Below are positions 14,857-30,555 of a DNA stretch of 64,000 nucleotides, piece by piece; position 1 is the first letter of the stretch, and each line of letters starts with the position of its first letter. Position numbers and translations under genes: made by a program. The stretch lies in NCBI GenBank assembly GCA_951406725.2, contig OX597817.1, positions 109,368,001-109,432,000 on the forward strand, in the 5' to 3' direction. The stretch comes from Octopus vulgaris (lineage: Eukaryota). The notes under the pieces are model-generated. The model searched no databases and was not told where the DNA came from. It saw only the letters and a program-made list of their open reading frames with translations.

Positions 14857-17800
14857 CGTACAAGAGATAAGGTAGAAAGGAGCTTCACAGGCAAAGGACA
14901 TAGATATAAACTCTTCTGAGAAGGTAATAGTGATGGAATAGGAGTGTGGGCATACCTCTTGCAGAGAAATGGGTGGATAACTTCATAGAGGTAATGTGGG
15001 TGTGCAATAGAGGACTTCAACTCAGGATAGCCTTGCAGAATGGTATAGCTACAATTATCTCTGCCTACGCCCCACAAGCGGGCCTACAAATGAACAGAAG
15101 GATCACTTTTATATTCCTCTGCAGGCTACCTCACAGACGAGTGACAATGATCTCATGTTTGTAGATGGAGATTTTTATGGGCATGTCGGACAACAACCTA
15201 TCTCCCATGGTGTACATGAGGGCCATGGAAATAAAGAGGGAACTGAGCTCCTGGAGTTCTGCGATGCAAATAACCTATTGATCTGCAACACCAGTGTCAG
15301 GATGCCAGCCAGTCTATTAATCAGGTGATTCTGCTAGCCAGATTGATTTCATTCTCACCAGACAGCGAAATGCATGGTTGCTCTTAAATACAAAGACCCT
15401 CCCTCGTGAAGAATGTGGCCCCCCCCCCCCCCCAGCATAGGCTAATTATTAGTGACATTAGACTCGAGACCAGAAGTATGCCAAAAAGCAGGCTAGTCTG
15501 GAAAGGAAGGATTTGGAATCTTAAGAACTCTTCACATTGTCACAGATTTAGGAATGTCCTTACTGAGAAATTTGATGAGAGGGAGGAGAAACTACAATCC
15601 TATGACATAGAAGGCAGCTGCGAATTCCTGCGAGACAGCTTGCTGAGAACCACAGGCCAAATCTGTGGCTGGTGCAAAGTCCCTTCCAGACTTAGGGTAA
15701 CATGGTGGAGGAACAATACTGTATACAGGGCCATTCGAGCAAACAGGCTGGAAAGCCTTGAAGAGTAGGGGTAGCAAGGGATTGTATCAGACAGCCAAAA
15801 GGCAGCTGGGAGACAGTTATGTATAGCCAAGGGAGTAACAGAAAATAAGTTTACCTATGTTCAGCGACATGAGGACCAAATAATTGATGGCAAACAGTTT
15901 GTGAGAGAAAACCGTGATGTCATAGGAGAGAAATGTGTCCGCATAGATGATGGTGCCGTTGTGTTTAATGATTCTCCAAAGAAAGAGGCTTGGAGATGCC
16001 ATTATTAAAGACTGCTGAATGTGGAGAATGAATGAGAGGAGGAGATTCAGCCAAAGGGACCAGCTACCCGAATCAACAGTACCCTGGTAGATAAAGCAAT
16101 TAAGGATATCAAGGCAGGGAAAACACCTGGCCCACCAGGAATCAGAGCTGAGATGCTTACAATATCGGTTTGTGTGGGTTATGGTCTTGTTACCCGCATT
16201 GTAAATCAGGTAAATCAGGATTTCAAGAATTATACCCAATGACCCATAGTCAACTGCTACAAAGGTAAAGGTAATGCTTTAGATAGAAATAACTACAGGA
16301 CTATCAAATTATTGGATCAGGTAATGAAAGTTACAGAGAGTAATAGCCCAACTAATTAGGGAGAGAGTTAGCATAAATGAGATGCAGTTTGGTTTTGTAT
16401 CAGGCAGAAGCACCACTGATGCTATATTTATAGTAAGGAAACTGCAGGAGAAATAACTAGCCATAGATAAACATCTGTACTTAGCATTTGTTGATTTGGA
16501 GAAAACTTTTCACAGAGTTCCCCGATCCCTTATCTGATGGTCAATGCGGAAATGCGAGTGGTTGGTAAGAGTAGAAGTAGGGGTTCAGCAAGGATCAGTC
16601 CTCAGTTCCCACTCTTATCCATTATAGTCCTCCGGGCAATCACAGAGGAATTAAAAACAGGATGCTCTGGGAGCTCCTCCATGCTGATGATCTTGCTTTC
16701 ATAACCAAGTCACTGCCAGAACTAGAAACGAAGTTGCAAGTGTGGAAGCAAGGTCTAGAATCGAAGGGCCTTGGAGTTAACCTAGCAAAAACCAAAGTCC
16801 TTATAAGTAGGAAGGCTGACAAGTAACAAACCCCTTCAGGTAGATGGCCTTGCGCGATCTGTAGAAAAGGTGTGGGTAGAAATTCCATACGATGTACCCG
16901 TTGTACATCAATATCAAAGTAAGTTTAACCAGGAAGATAGTTTTTGTGTGTGGCAGATGTACAGGGGCAATAAACATTGAAGATGTACAGAAAATAGATT
17001 CCATTACATGCCAGGGGGAAAAACTACAAGTAGTTGAGAACCTCCGCTACCTAGGCGACCAAGTCTGTAGTGGGAGTGGTTGCACTGAGAGTGTAGCAGC
17101 CAGAACAAAAATAGCCTGGGCAACGTTCAGGGAGCTCCTACCTCTGCTGGCAACTATGTTCCTTTCGCTCAGGATGAAAGGGAGACTGTATGACGCATGT
17201 GTGCGAACAGGCATGCTACACGGCAGTGAAACATGGGCTGTAACTGCTGAGGAAATAAATGAAGCTAGTATGATCCGCTGGATGTGTAATATCAGTGTGC
17301 ATACACGACTGAATGTGAGCGCCCTGAGAGAAAAGTTGGACATAAGAAGCATTAAATGTGGTGTGCAAGAGAGACGACTGCGCTGATATGGTCATGTGTT
17401 ACATATGGATAAGGACAGCTGTGTGAGGAAGTGTCACACCCTAACTGTGGAAGGAACCTGTAGAAGAGGTAGACCCAGGAAGACATGCGATGAAGTGGTG
17501 AAGCATGGCCTGCGAACGTTAGGCCTCACAGAGGCAATGACAGGAGACCGAGACCTTTGGAGATATGCTGTGATTGAGAAGACCTGTTGAGTCAAGTAAA
17601 ACCAAAATCGTAGCTGTGGACAGTGCCCCTTGACTGGCTCCCGATCCGGTGGCACGTAAAATGCATCATCCGAACGTGGTGGATGCTAGTGTCCCCTGAC
17701 TAGGTTTCGTGTTGGTGGCACGTAAAAAGCACCAACTACACTCTCGGAGTGGTTGGCGTTAGGAAGGGCATCCAGCTGTAGAAACATTGCCAAATAGGAT

Positions 17801-17870
17801 TGGAGCCTCAGTCAAATCGTCCAACCCATGCTAGTATGGAAAACGGAGGTCAAACGCTGATGATGATAAG
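14855..17870 (+). mobile_element. RTE-clade LINE, decayed (APE endonuclease, RT, Cys-rich insert, 3' UTR, (TGA)n tail)
   Basis: Motifs ISAYAPQ, QIDFIL, LLHADDL, WPCAICRKGVGRNS..FVCGRC, LHGSETWA, RGRPRKT; many stops and frameshifts. Confidence 0.9.
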
Positions 17871-17899
17871 GAGGAGGGGGAGGAGGATATAAAGAAAAT

Positions 17900-19790
17900 A
17901 GGACAAGGTAGAAAATGCTAAAAAATTATCCTTAGACATAACTCGTGTGTTACTTTTCAACCTTCTGCATAACATAACTTCACACAGTATACAGAAAATG
18001 CCGACAAAAGCAGAAACAATCACTACCATTAATGAAGGAATACTGAAAGAACTCAAGAAAATCAACACAAACCTGTTAACGTATTTTAACAAATTCGTCT
18101 CGACAAGTGAATCCAGTCGAGAGAACAATGTGGAAATCGATACGAAAAATACAACCTCCGAAATCGTCGGAAACCTTGGAAACTTATGCAAAACAATTAG
18201 AACATTCTTCTCAAACAACGCGAACCAAGGACCTCCGAACATACCAAATGAAACACCACATAGTACCGCAATGGAACAAAACACTCAGAGATAGAAAGTT
18301 CGCCTTTTGGAAGATGATCCAAAACAACAACAAAGCGGATATAAACGAAAAATGGCTTAATCTGACACTGTTAATTCTCTCCCGCAAACTTCAGATCAAA
18401 GCTATTATAGATGAATCTGAGGCACAAAGACTCCTCAGGGAAAGAATGGCTCTGGAAAAACGAAGATGAAAATAGAACTTCTCAAATTAAGGGCGCAGAC
18501 GAATGAAGATAAGTAAAATCCATCAATGAAGAGATCAACCAAGAAATTAACCAAATGTCTCAACGCCCCCAACCTAGAGAAGATCCCCAAACTATAGAAA
18601 GAGGACAGCAATAAAGAAGAATTGAAATCTCTCAAACGCGGGGAAATAAAGCGTCATTTGGTTCTCAAACTATGAAACTGTCTTTCAAACATAATACGTT
18701 TCCAACAACCCTTTCCTAAAAATAAGAAAATCAGAACAACACTCAAACACGGATTCACACCGGTCTAAAAACCGGAACCATCTCCACTGCCAGAATACAA
18801 GAATACAAGACCTAACCCTAAATTCATAACCCACCAGCGAAACAACATCGGGGGTACCGCAACAGTGAAATAATAAAAGTTACTACCCGCAGGATAGACA
18901 TTACCTAAAGCACCACAACTGAACATGGAATATAGGGACACACTCTTCAATTCCCATCCTAGAACCCTCACTATGAATCACAACAGGGCACCCCACAACA
19001 ACAGAAAACAACTACATAACAGTTACCGTCCTAATCACGTCAATCATTTTTTTAGACCCAGTACGCGAAGTAAGGGATACGAGATAGCACCATACAGACA
19101 GGAGAAACCAAATGTGGTAAAAGTCATCAATCTAACTCACAAATAATTAACATCAAACCTAATCAACGGGTTCAAGTTTACATCCTACCCCCAACACCCC
19201 AACTATAACGAAATGAAAGAAGACGTTGCGGAATTCTATAGACAATTACGACTTACCGAGTGTTTTTGTTTGTGTATGTGTTGATATAGGTAATTCGTGA
19301 TGTATTGACAGACATGGTCAAGAGTTTTGTTCTTACGACAAATATAACGAGGACGAATCGTTAGTTCGAAATATAAGTAACTACACCTCATCAAAAGGTA
19401 AGAACAAAACTCTTGACCATGTCTGTCAATACATCACGAATTACCTATATCAACACATACACAAACAAAAACACAAGCCAAACTTCAGCAAAGAACGATG
19501 GGTTGAGTTGAACAGATTAAAGGACGATAAAACAGTAACAATCAAAGAGGCTGGTAAAGGGAGCGCACTTGTGTTAATGGATATGGTATACTATATAACT
19601 CTAGTACTATCCATATTAGAAGACAACAGGTTATGAAAAGGTCCAACACTATAGTCAGCAGAAAATAATGAGAACCCTAAAACCTATGTTAAACTATACA
19701 GAGAAGGGCTCACCGACAAGGAATACGACTATATGACTAACTTCAAAAGTAAATGCAGTCAATTCTACGGCATTCCCAAGATACACAAAC
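17900..19790 (+). mobile_element. Penelope-like element, N-terminal region and start of RT, decayed
   Basis: KVINLT..NGFKFT..AEFYRQLRLTE, LKDDKTVTIKEAGKGSALVLMD (IKxADKG-like), FYGIPKIHK. Confidence 0.8.
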
Positions 19791-19954
19791 AGGCATATGT
19801 AACTATTTTTATGCCTGTGTGCCATTTGTGGTTTGTTAAAAATGCATTCATAAAGTAAGAACAAGTTTGAAATAATACTGAGTTGTATATTAATGACAAT
19901 ATCTCACCATGACATCAGTCTAATGAAGAGAAGCATTACAAGAGTAGGTTTAAC

Positions 19955-20155
19955 ATTTTGGCACAAGGCCAGCAACGTCGAGGAAGGCGGCAAGTCGATT
20001 ACATCGACAGTATTTAACAGGTATATAATTTATCGACCCTGAAAAGGTTAAAGAACAAAGTCAGCCACGGCAAAATTTGAACTCAGAACGTAAAGACAGA
20101 CTAAATGCCCCTAAGCATTTTATCCGGGGCGCTACCGATTCTACCAGCTCGCTGC
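19955..20155 (-). mobile_element. SINE family A copy
   Basis: Minus strand GCGAGCTGGTAGAATCGG...GTTCTGAGTTCAAATT. Confidence 0.75.
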
Positions 20156-20559
20156 TTTACCATTGCAAGAATATTAATGTAACGAAAATCACTTAGAATT
20201 CTTCTACTTAAAGATGCAATAATGATATATTGCACCTGCAAACAAAGAACTATATTATGTTTAATCTTTCAAACGAACAGCACAAGATACAAGTAGTACA
20301 GATAAAGATTGTACTATTATCACCGAATTGCTGGTTATCAAGCTATTTCAACTGAAACAAATAAACTACACACAAATATATACGCATGCACAAACGCACA
20401 TACACATTGACACACCTTTATAAACAGACTCATATGAAGAGATGTTCTTAGGTAAGTTTGTTGGTATGTACGTACGTATGTACGTATGCATGTATGTATA
20501 TATGCATGTATGTATGTATGTATGTATACTCTTTTACAGAGAATACTCTTTTACTCATT

Positions 20560-20958
20560 TTACTCATTTACTTGTTTCAGCCATTTGACTGCAGCCATGC
20601 TGGAGCAACGCCTTTTAGTCGAGCAAATTGACCCTAGGACTTATTTTTTGTAAGCCTAGTACTTATTCTATCGGTGTCTTTTGCCGAATCGCTAAGTTAC
20701 GGGGACGTAAGCACACCAGCATTGGTTTTCAAGCGATGTTGGGGGGACACACACAGACACACAAACATATACACACGCATACGTATATATATACTTCTAT
20801 ACGACGGACTTCTTCCAGTTTCCGTCTCCCAAATCCACTCACAAGGATTTGGTCAGCCCGAGGCTATAGTAGAAGACACTCGCCCAAGGTGCCACACAGT
20901 GGGACTGAACCCGGAATCATGTGGTTGGTAAGCAAGCTACTTACCACATAGCCACTCC
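20560..20958 (-). mobile_element. SINE family B copy
   Basis: High similarity to 6387-6800. Confidence 0.85.
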
Positions 20959-20967
20959 TATATATAT

Positions 20968-21008
<41 letters not shown>

Positions 21009-21107
21009 TGCATACAAACATTATACATGTGTGCACATAGGTGTGTGAATCTGTGTGTATATGCGTAAATGTGTGTATAAATGCATAAATGTATTTATAC
21101 ATACACA

Positions 21108-21159
<52 letters not shown>

Positions 21160-21930
21160 GAAAGTGGGAGTGAGAAAGGGACAAACAAATACGCGTTGTT
21201 TCAATGTCTTCCGAATTATCTGTTTCTAATAATTGCAATACAATGCTTTAACATTAGTGAATCAGAAGCAATTTGCTCAATATAGACGACAACACCTCAG
21301 AGTTGCACCGCGACTATTTCTTGGCCTGTATTACTTTGAAGCAACACGTCGAATTCCATTAACATTCTATCACATCAATGTTTAAGAGGAGAATGTAACG
21401 CGAGCAAAAATAATTTAGATCGGATAAGAAAATTATATAAAGGCTATTATTATATTGCCTCATTTCCACCTATATTTTTAGCAAACGTTATATTTCAGGT
21501 AAACAAGATAGAGGAGATCAAAATACTCAGAAGAGAGATATGGCATGATCTTCATCAAAAAGTAGCAGATCTGCCATATTGCCACCTTTATCTCCTCTGT
21601 CGTACAGAAGTGCCAAGTATACGTAAATGTTATTGTTTTCTCGTTGAACGAAAGATTTCGTGTAATAAGATGTCAACGTTTTTTTTAATATTATTTGCAG
21701 GATATTGCAGCTTTTGTTGTTGTTTTTTTATGAATAGTGTAAGACTGACACCAAATTAGTTATCTCCGCGTTCTGACTTCTTGTAATTATCACTAATAAA
21801 TATTAAGTTCCACAAATCATCACGCTGATCATAAACATAAACATGCCACACGGAAATAATATATGGAACAAAAGGTACAGAAAAGGCAGTGAAACAACAA
21901 CAAAACTACATACATCAATACATACACATA

Positions 21931-22242
<312 letters not shown>

Positions 22243-22289
22243 TGTTTTTTATACATCCAACCACGTGCTTTCACACACCAACTCTCTCA

Positions 22290-22327
<38 letters not shown>

Positions 22328-23280
22328 CATATATATAATACGCCTAGTGTCTTTGTGCATGTATATATATGCACATACACGCATCTGCGTGTATATGTGT
22401 ATGTATGTGTGCGTATGTGTATCTCTCTCTCTCTCTCCCTCTGTGAGTGTGTGTGAGTATACTCTTTTGTAAATAACGTTTGAAGTTATTGGGTTTATTC
22501 CAATTTATAAGGTTTATACTTTCTAACTTATTCTGGATTCGTTCCGTTTTTTTTATATATATGTTTGTCTCATAACGCTTAATGAAATATATTTCTAAGT
22601 TATCCAACAGTGTTTGTACTTCTTTGCTGTGACATCATCTCTACTTAGTTGTTTTGTTTGTCATTTGTATTCGAAAGTTCATTCGGGTTTTTTTTAATGC
22701 TTAATTAATCTTATCTCACACATATTAAAATACAATGTGTTTACATCGTTTACTCTGGAAGAGGGAAATTAAAACGACACCCTGAGTGGAGGTGAGTGAC
22801 AGCGATACTCAAACGTAGGCGAACTGCACTGAGAGATTTTACTCAAGTCGTTGTGCAAATTTTTATCGTAAATAATATTTACTTTCACTATTTCACACGC
22901 ACTTACATATAAATATATATGATATGACATATCACAGTCATTTGTTCTTAAAGTATTCTTCACGTAAAATGTGTGTGCCTGTGTGTGTGTGTGTATGTGT
23001 GTGTGTGTGTGCGTCGTTTGTGTAAGTGTATGTACGTATATATGTATGTATTTATGTCAGGGGTGACTTAACTTATTGGTACTGAGCGTGTAGCTGAAAT
23101 TTGAGAGATACAGGGTTCAATTCTCTGTAGCTGCTTGCTGGCCACATTTTCCTGTCTTCTAAGGGTATGTAATCGATCTTCTCAGTTGTTTTCACAGCTA
23201 TTCTGCGTTCGATATTTACTTTATTTTTTGTAACATACCAAATCACTCGGTGCTTCTAAACTTGTTTACAAAAATATATA

Positions 23281-23467
23281 GGCGTATGTGAGGCTGTGTG
23301 ATAAGAAGCTTGCATCACAACCACAAGGTTCCGGGTTCAGTCCCACTGTGGAGCACCTTGAACAAATGTCTTCTACTATAGCCTCGAACTAATCAAAGCA
23401 TTGTGTGTTTATTTGGTAGAAGCCCGCCGTATATATATGTGTGCGTGTGTGTTTGTGTGTGCATGTC

Positions 23468-23558
<91 letters not shown>

Positions 23559-23715
23559 ATGTATATATCTATGTGCATGTCTCTGTGTTTGTGTTTGTAC
23601 CCCCATGACCGTTTGGTTCCGCACAAAATAGTAAGATAGAATAAGTATAAGCATTAAAAAGTAAGTCCACAGGTCGACTTGTTCGACTAAAAACTTTCAA
23701 AGCGGGGCTCCTGCA
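23281..23715 (+). mobile_element. SINE family B-related copy, decayed
   Basis: GGCTGTGTGATAAGAAGCTTGC...GGTTCCGGGTTCAGTCCCACTG head. Confidence 0.7.
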
Positions 23716-24475
23716 TATATATCCTCTACAATTAAATTCTGTTCAAGACCTATACTAATTCAAGCCATAAATTCCCTACAAAAAGGGCAAGCTTCAAAGA
23801 CTAGTCAGAAGCAAGACAGCTGCGACATAAGCCATGTCTTTCTATTTGAACTTTTTTGAAAATCAGTGTAAAGTGTGAAACCATTTAAAGCTTTAAAGAT
23901 ATTAATAAAATATATTTTGAATATTGTCAGTGCATTTTCAACTAATATTTCTCCGACATTTCTATCCATGTGGAATAAAATAACTTTGTTATATATATAT
24001 ATACACACATTTACGTTTTGAATTCCTCAGCAAAATATGTAAACATAAGCCTTCTTCAATATACAGCCCTGAAGAGAAGTGGCCCAATTAGGTTATATTT
24101 AAAATCTACAACTTTTAACATGGTTCGAATCGTGCAGATCCGGAGTACTGGTTACCTATCAACTAGATTGAAACATGTGTAGGCCTTTTCATAGTTATTT
24201 TATAATTATGATTATATGTTCCTTTAACTTTTATTTCTATTCACTTATTTGCTATATTTTATTGTGCTTAACGTGATACAAATAAAATAAGCATCCATAA
24301 TTAACTCTTCATTTTCTTAGATTAATATAAAGTGCAAATTAAACTGCTTATCCGTAAATATAGAGAAAATTCTCCCGATATATCAGCGATAATACCAGTG
24401 GATCTCTGGATTTTATAATCCCTAAGAGAGATATTACATACTCGATTTGACTATATATCTATATCTATCTATCTA

Positions 24476-24560
<85 letters not shown>

Positions 24561-24673
24561 ATATAGCATTTTTGTTTGTCTTAGGAACTGACGAGATGCC
24601 GGAACAGATTTCCACTCCGACATCCGAAGCTCGGAGTTTTATAATGGCAACCGAATAATTGCATATATATTGC

Positions 24674-24722
<49 letters not shown>

Positions 24723-25611
24723 GAAGATTAAAAAAAGTTGCTAGATCCTGTAACAGATGAAGCAAATAAAATACATTTCACTTGACTTCACACACTAACA
24801 TTATGTTGATTAATCCTTGAAAAAAGAAAAGTCCATTGGCCGTACAAAGAAATCAGAGCATTAATATCCAAGAATTGACTAAAGCCTATTATGGGTTACA
24901 ACAGCCTTTCCCAGGCTCTGAATGTATCCACAAATTTGCGTTATTATAACGAGCATAACTGACACATACACATAGACAAAATGCAATAACAGGAGCATAT
25001 TTTAATACCAAACTGTTTTATTATAAACTCTTAGTTTTTATTCTAAAACGGTTTTATATTAAATATCCATGTCATGCATCAAATTTAATTCAACACTTTC
25101 ACACGAAGCTGCTAACTGAAAAAAGTGTTGTTCCACTCAGTGTATCATGAAGAAGTGTAGTGAGCTAAAAGTTTCCTAAGCGATAAATGAAATTCTTTTG
25201 GTGTTCGATAACTTCTAAATTATTCGAACATTTACCTAAAATTTTCGTCTATTTCAGATATGTATAGAATTTAATTTGCTCTCGCTAATGTTTCATTCCT
25301 TTAATTACTGCCATTGTTTCATTACTATTTTATTCGCCTATTTACCAAAATTTAGCTTCTTCTTACATATTCTATATATTTCTTTCACAGAATGCACGAG
25401 ACAGTGACCTGAATGTAAGTTAACTTCATATATTCCTTTTTCCAACCTTTCTTTAAACTTTCATCTTTCGACTTATAAATAGCATTTCACCTTATGTTAT
25501 TTATCGAGTTTCAACCCAAAGTTTTGTGTGAAATTTCTTTGTAGAGCGATAATGTTAATATAAATGTACATACACACACATATACATATATATATATGTG
25601 TGTGTGTATGC

Positions 25612-25649
<38 letters not shown>

Positions 25650-26856
25650 TACATAACATTTTGTTGATCCTTCACTCACGGGTTTTAGAATTATTTTTAT
25701 TTCACTATACTACTCTCATTAATTCAGTGAGAAATCTAAACAATCCAAATATTATGATTCTGTTTTTAATTGCTCACAATAAGCACAATATTTCCAGGAG
25801 AAAAAAAGAAAGAATAAACGATTTTCGAGAAAAATTCAATTAAGACGCTCACACGGAAAGTGTATTTGGTAAACATTCGCTTTTTGATACAATTTTTCTT
25901 CTGCCCACTTTTTCTTTATCATTTTCCCTTTTTCTGTCTTTGTATTGACACAGCTGATAAGACCGGTATAGAAATCGGGGAAGCCGTTTTGACAATAAGA
26001 CCAATCAATATAATGGATACCATTGTTTAGTTTCTCTTTACAATGTTGAGACTAACTGTCTCTCATACACAACTCTCTCTCACACTTAGCCTCCTTTTAT
26101 CGCTTTTTCTTATTCGTTTGTTTGTTTCTTTTGTTTTCTTTCTTATCTGCCAAAGGACCAACAAAACTCATTCTTGCCTGGATTTACAGTCTTCAACATA
26201 ACTGATTGGAATTCAACCACAAAATAAAAGTCTTTCAGAAAGAACCACCAACCAACTCTCAAGCCTCGAAAAACCATTCATTTGAATGATTCTTATATTT
26301 GTCTTCTACAAATTTTTAATATATCTTATTGAATTTGCTCCGTTCTTTTTTGATATTTTAAAGAATTATGTGCAACTCTCTAGTCATAATATTGTTGATA
26401 TTATAAAGATCATAGATTTTTGTTCAATATTTGCATTATGAAATGTTTTTCTTTACGGATGGTGTGATATCAAATATTTATTGTTGCAGTAGAAACTGTC
26501 CTAGAAAAGGAAATTATTTATTCATTTAGTTATTACATTCTTCGCTTTCTTCTTTTCTTTTTTCACTACAATTGTTTGCATTGAAACGGATGAAACCCGG
26601 CGCATATGTTGTTTCATTGTTTCTGCAATTGCGCGTAATATTGGTAAACAGGTTATAGATATGTATACATATATGTATGCGTATATGTGTGGGTGCGCAC
26701 GCGTCGTATTTGGGCGTGTGTGTGTATGTGCGCAATGAATTTCTCTTATACTCAGCCTTTTTAACCAGTCTGTCAGCTCAATGTATTTTGCTATGCTATT
26801 TCCTTCAACTATATAAATAAAATGGAGTTTATCGCAGGTATAATTCAAATACTTTT

Positions 26857-26944
26857 ACTTCCGACACATGTTTCGAAGATTTCACTGATATTATTCCAAA
26901 GGAATAAATGGTGTAAAACAATGTAATCTTCTCATCAGGGAAGT
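26857..26944 (-). ncRNA. Type I hammerhead ribozyme, canonical core with long stem II insert
   Basis: Minus strand ACUUCC-CUGAUGA-GAAGAUU(43 nt)AAUCUUC-GAAAC augu GUC^GGAAGU. Confidence 0.8.
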
Positions 26945-27060
26945 GAAGAAATGAAACTCATCAATAAGACATCTTAACAGAAAATGATGGATATGTATAG
27001 TGATTTACTGAACGTTATTAATATTGTTAATTGTTAACAAAGGAAAAATACACTCATCTT

Positions 27061-27091
<31 letters not shown>

Positions 27092-27172
27092 GTGTGTGTG
27101 TGCGTGTGTGTGTGTGTTTGTGTGTGTAACTATGTAAATGTGTGTACAGACACACACACTCACACACACACG

Positions 27173-27204
<32 letters not shown>

Positions 27205-27205
<1 letters not shown>

Positions 27206-27580
27206 TTAAATAAGTAACAAGTATGTACGTGTGTCAATAAATTCCGACCGTTTCAAGCGGCACCATTTAATTGATCAATGAAAGCATAGCATCAGTTTGA
27301 AACAAACGGATCTCTTCAGTGCTGGTGACCATATAGATGTTAAACATAAATGATAAACCAATTTTCACAAATATACAATGTAATTATTATGCATTCTTTT
27401 ATTGATGTAAATTTGTTTAAAATGGTTTATCCTTTATGTTTGGAATCTATATGGTCATCTGCATCTGAAGAGAGCGGTTTCTTTCAAATTGATGTAATAT
27501 TTCCATTGATGAATTAAACGGAGCCCTTTGAAACGCCCGTGATATATTGACACCTGTACATCGTTGTTAATGATTTACAT
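27205..27580. repeat. Diverged inverted repeat (about 175-bp arms), each arm with CUGAAGAG...GAAACG hammerhead-like boxes
   Basis: Arms about 27205-27380 and 27400-27580; boxes at 27250-27319 (-) and 27465-27541 (+). Confidence 0.65.
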
Positions 27581-27828
27581 TCTGTTCACCTAACTTGGAG
27601 CTGTGCGGACTGTACCGAACTGGCAAGGTGCTTCAATTTAAGCACCTAATTCAACTGAATCTTAATATTATTTCATATATATATATATTGGTTGGCATCC
27701 TTTTTGTCTCGGGAGACAATGGAGTTGCGCATAAAATAGTCTAGTCCGGCTTTTACATTTTATGTCCTAATACATTTCCTAACATAGAAAAAAATGAAAA
27801 ATTTAATACTTTAACATTACTTGATATA

Positions 27829-27875
<47 letters not shown>

Positions 27876-28418
27876 GTACACTAGGATATATGTAGAAAGC
27901 AAGCATGTTTCGGTATTTGTGAGTTTGATTTACTATTTAGGGATGTGTTCATATTCGCAGTTTCGAAGCTGTGTGCACACATTCTTTCCACGCAGATCAA
28001 ACCTAATGGTTTATATGAACGTCTTATAGAGGTGTTGGCATGAATATGACACAAATATTCTTTTATATCAGTTAGTATGCTATCTTTACAGCTGTCATTT
28101 ATTAGTTATGTATATCAAAACTTATCCCTACACGAACTGATTAAAATCTGCTTCATCGGTAGAGAATGTAGGGATGATACACTATGACAACTGCTTATGA
28201 TGTGGGCTATATTTTCTATATTAATTTCACGTTTACTATATAATTCAATGTAAGAGTTGATATACTATTTGTTGGTCCAAAAAGGTAGTATAATATTTGT
28301 TCGCCCAAAATATTAAAGCACTCTGCCATCATTGACGCGTATACTTGCCGATAAGGAGGGTTCATATGACGTTTTGTTACGAGACTGCCGTGCAACTTTC
28401 TTGATCACACACAAACAC

Positions 28419-28474
<56 letters not shown>

Positions 28475-28719
28475 TGAGAGAGAGAGAGAGAGAGAAATTT
28501 CTTCTATTTACAAAATATTGAGGTCTCTTTCTTTCTTTTGTTATCTTACCGTTTTTACCAATATATATATATATATATTCAATACATGTATTTACATGCA
28601 TGAATGAATATACGTACTGAATGAATGCATACGCATGCAGATACCTGTTAATATTCTTTCCATCGACCTGTGTAGTGGTCGATGAAGGTACTATATATAT
28701 AATACCTTCATAATCTTAG

Positions 28720-29632
<913 letters not shown>

Positions 29633-29638
29633 AATCAC

Positions 29639-29677
<39 letters not shown>

Positions 29678-29858
29678 CCTTTCTACAATAGGAACAAGGC
29701 CTGAGATTTGGGGGAAATGGTTAGACGATTGCATTAACCCCAGTACTCAGCTGGTACTTACTTTATCGGACTTCGAAATCATTAATTAAAAGGAGAGGAG
29801 AAATTGCAAGTATGTAAAAAGCCGGAACAGAAGCCACGGAATGTTCATCTATCTATCC

Positions 29859-29929
<71 letters not shown>

Positions 29930-30125
29930 AATGTGTGTGTGTGTGAATGTTCGTTTGTTTACATATAAATATGTATATATGAATGTATCAATGTATGTGT
30001 GGTAGTGGTGATCTATAAAAATGACTACGCCCTTAGAGTCGTTTGTATCATGATGACTACTGTCTGTCCCAAGCGTGTAGACAATAATATAATAATTAGA
30101 AACGTATACATGTAAGGCACATACA

Positions 30126-30159
<34 letters not shown>

Positions 30160-30296
30160 CATGTATGCATGTATACATACATACATACATGCATACATAC
30201 ATACATACATACATACATACATACATACATACATACATACATACATACATACATACATACATACATACATACATACATACATACATACACATACAT

Positions 30297-30425
30297 ATTG
30301 CTGAGTGGAAGAACGTGAAATGAAGGGTTTTGCTCAAGAACACAACGCGGCGCCCATTTCAGAAATCGAAATCACAATCTTACGATTATGAGTCCAACAC
30401 CCTAACCACTAAGCGACGCCCCTCC
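30297..30425 (-). mobile_element. tRNA-SINE family C, 5' fragment
   Basis: Minus strand GGCGTCGCTTAGTGGTTAGGG...GTTGTGTTCTTGAGCAAAACCCTT; similar to 52787-53134. Confidence 0.7.
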
Positions 30426-30524
30426 ACATATATACATATGATATATATGAATTTCAATATATGGGAGTTTGAATAGACAAATAAATTGACATGTTATTGT
30501 GTGTGTGTGTGCGTGTGTGTGTGC

Positions 30525-30555
<31 letters not shown>

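Noticed and set aside
24581-24644. CUGACGA, GAUG.CGGA/UCCG.CAUC stem, then GAAG
   Set aside because: Possibly a decayed hammerhead, but the GAAA box is mutated and stem I is not convincing, so it is not called as a feature.
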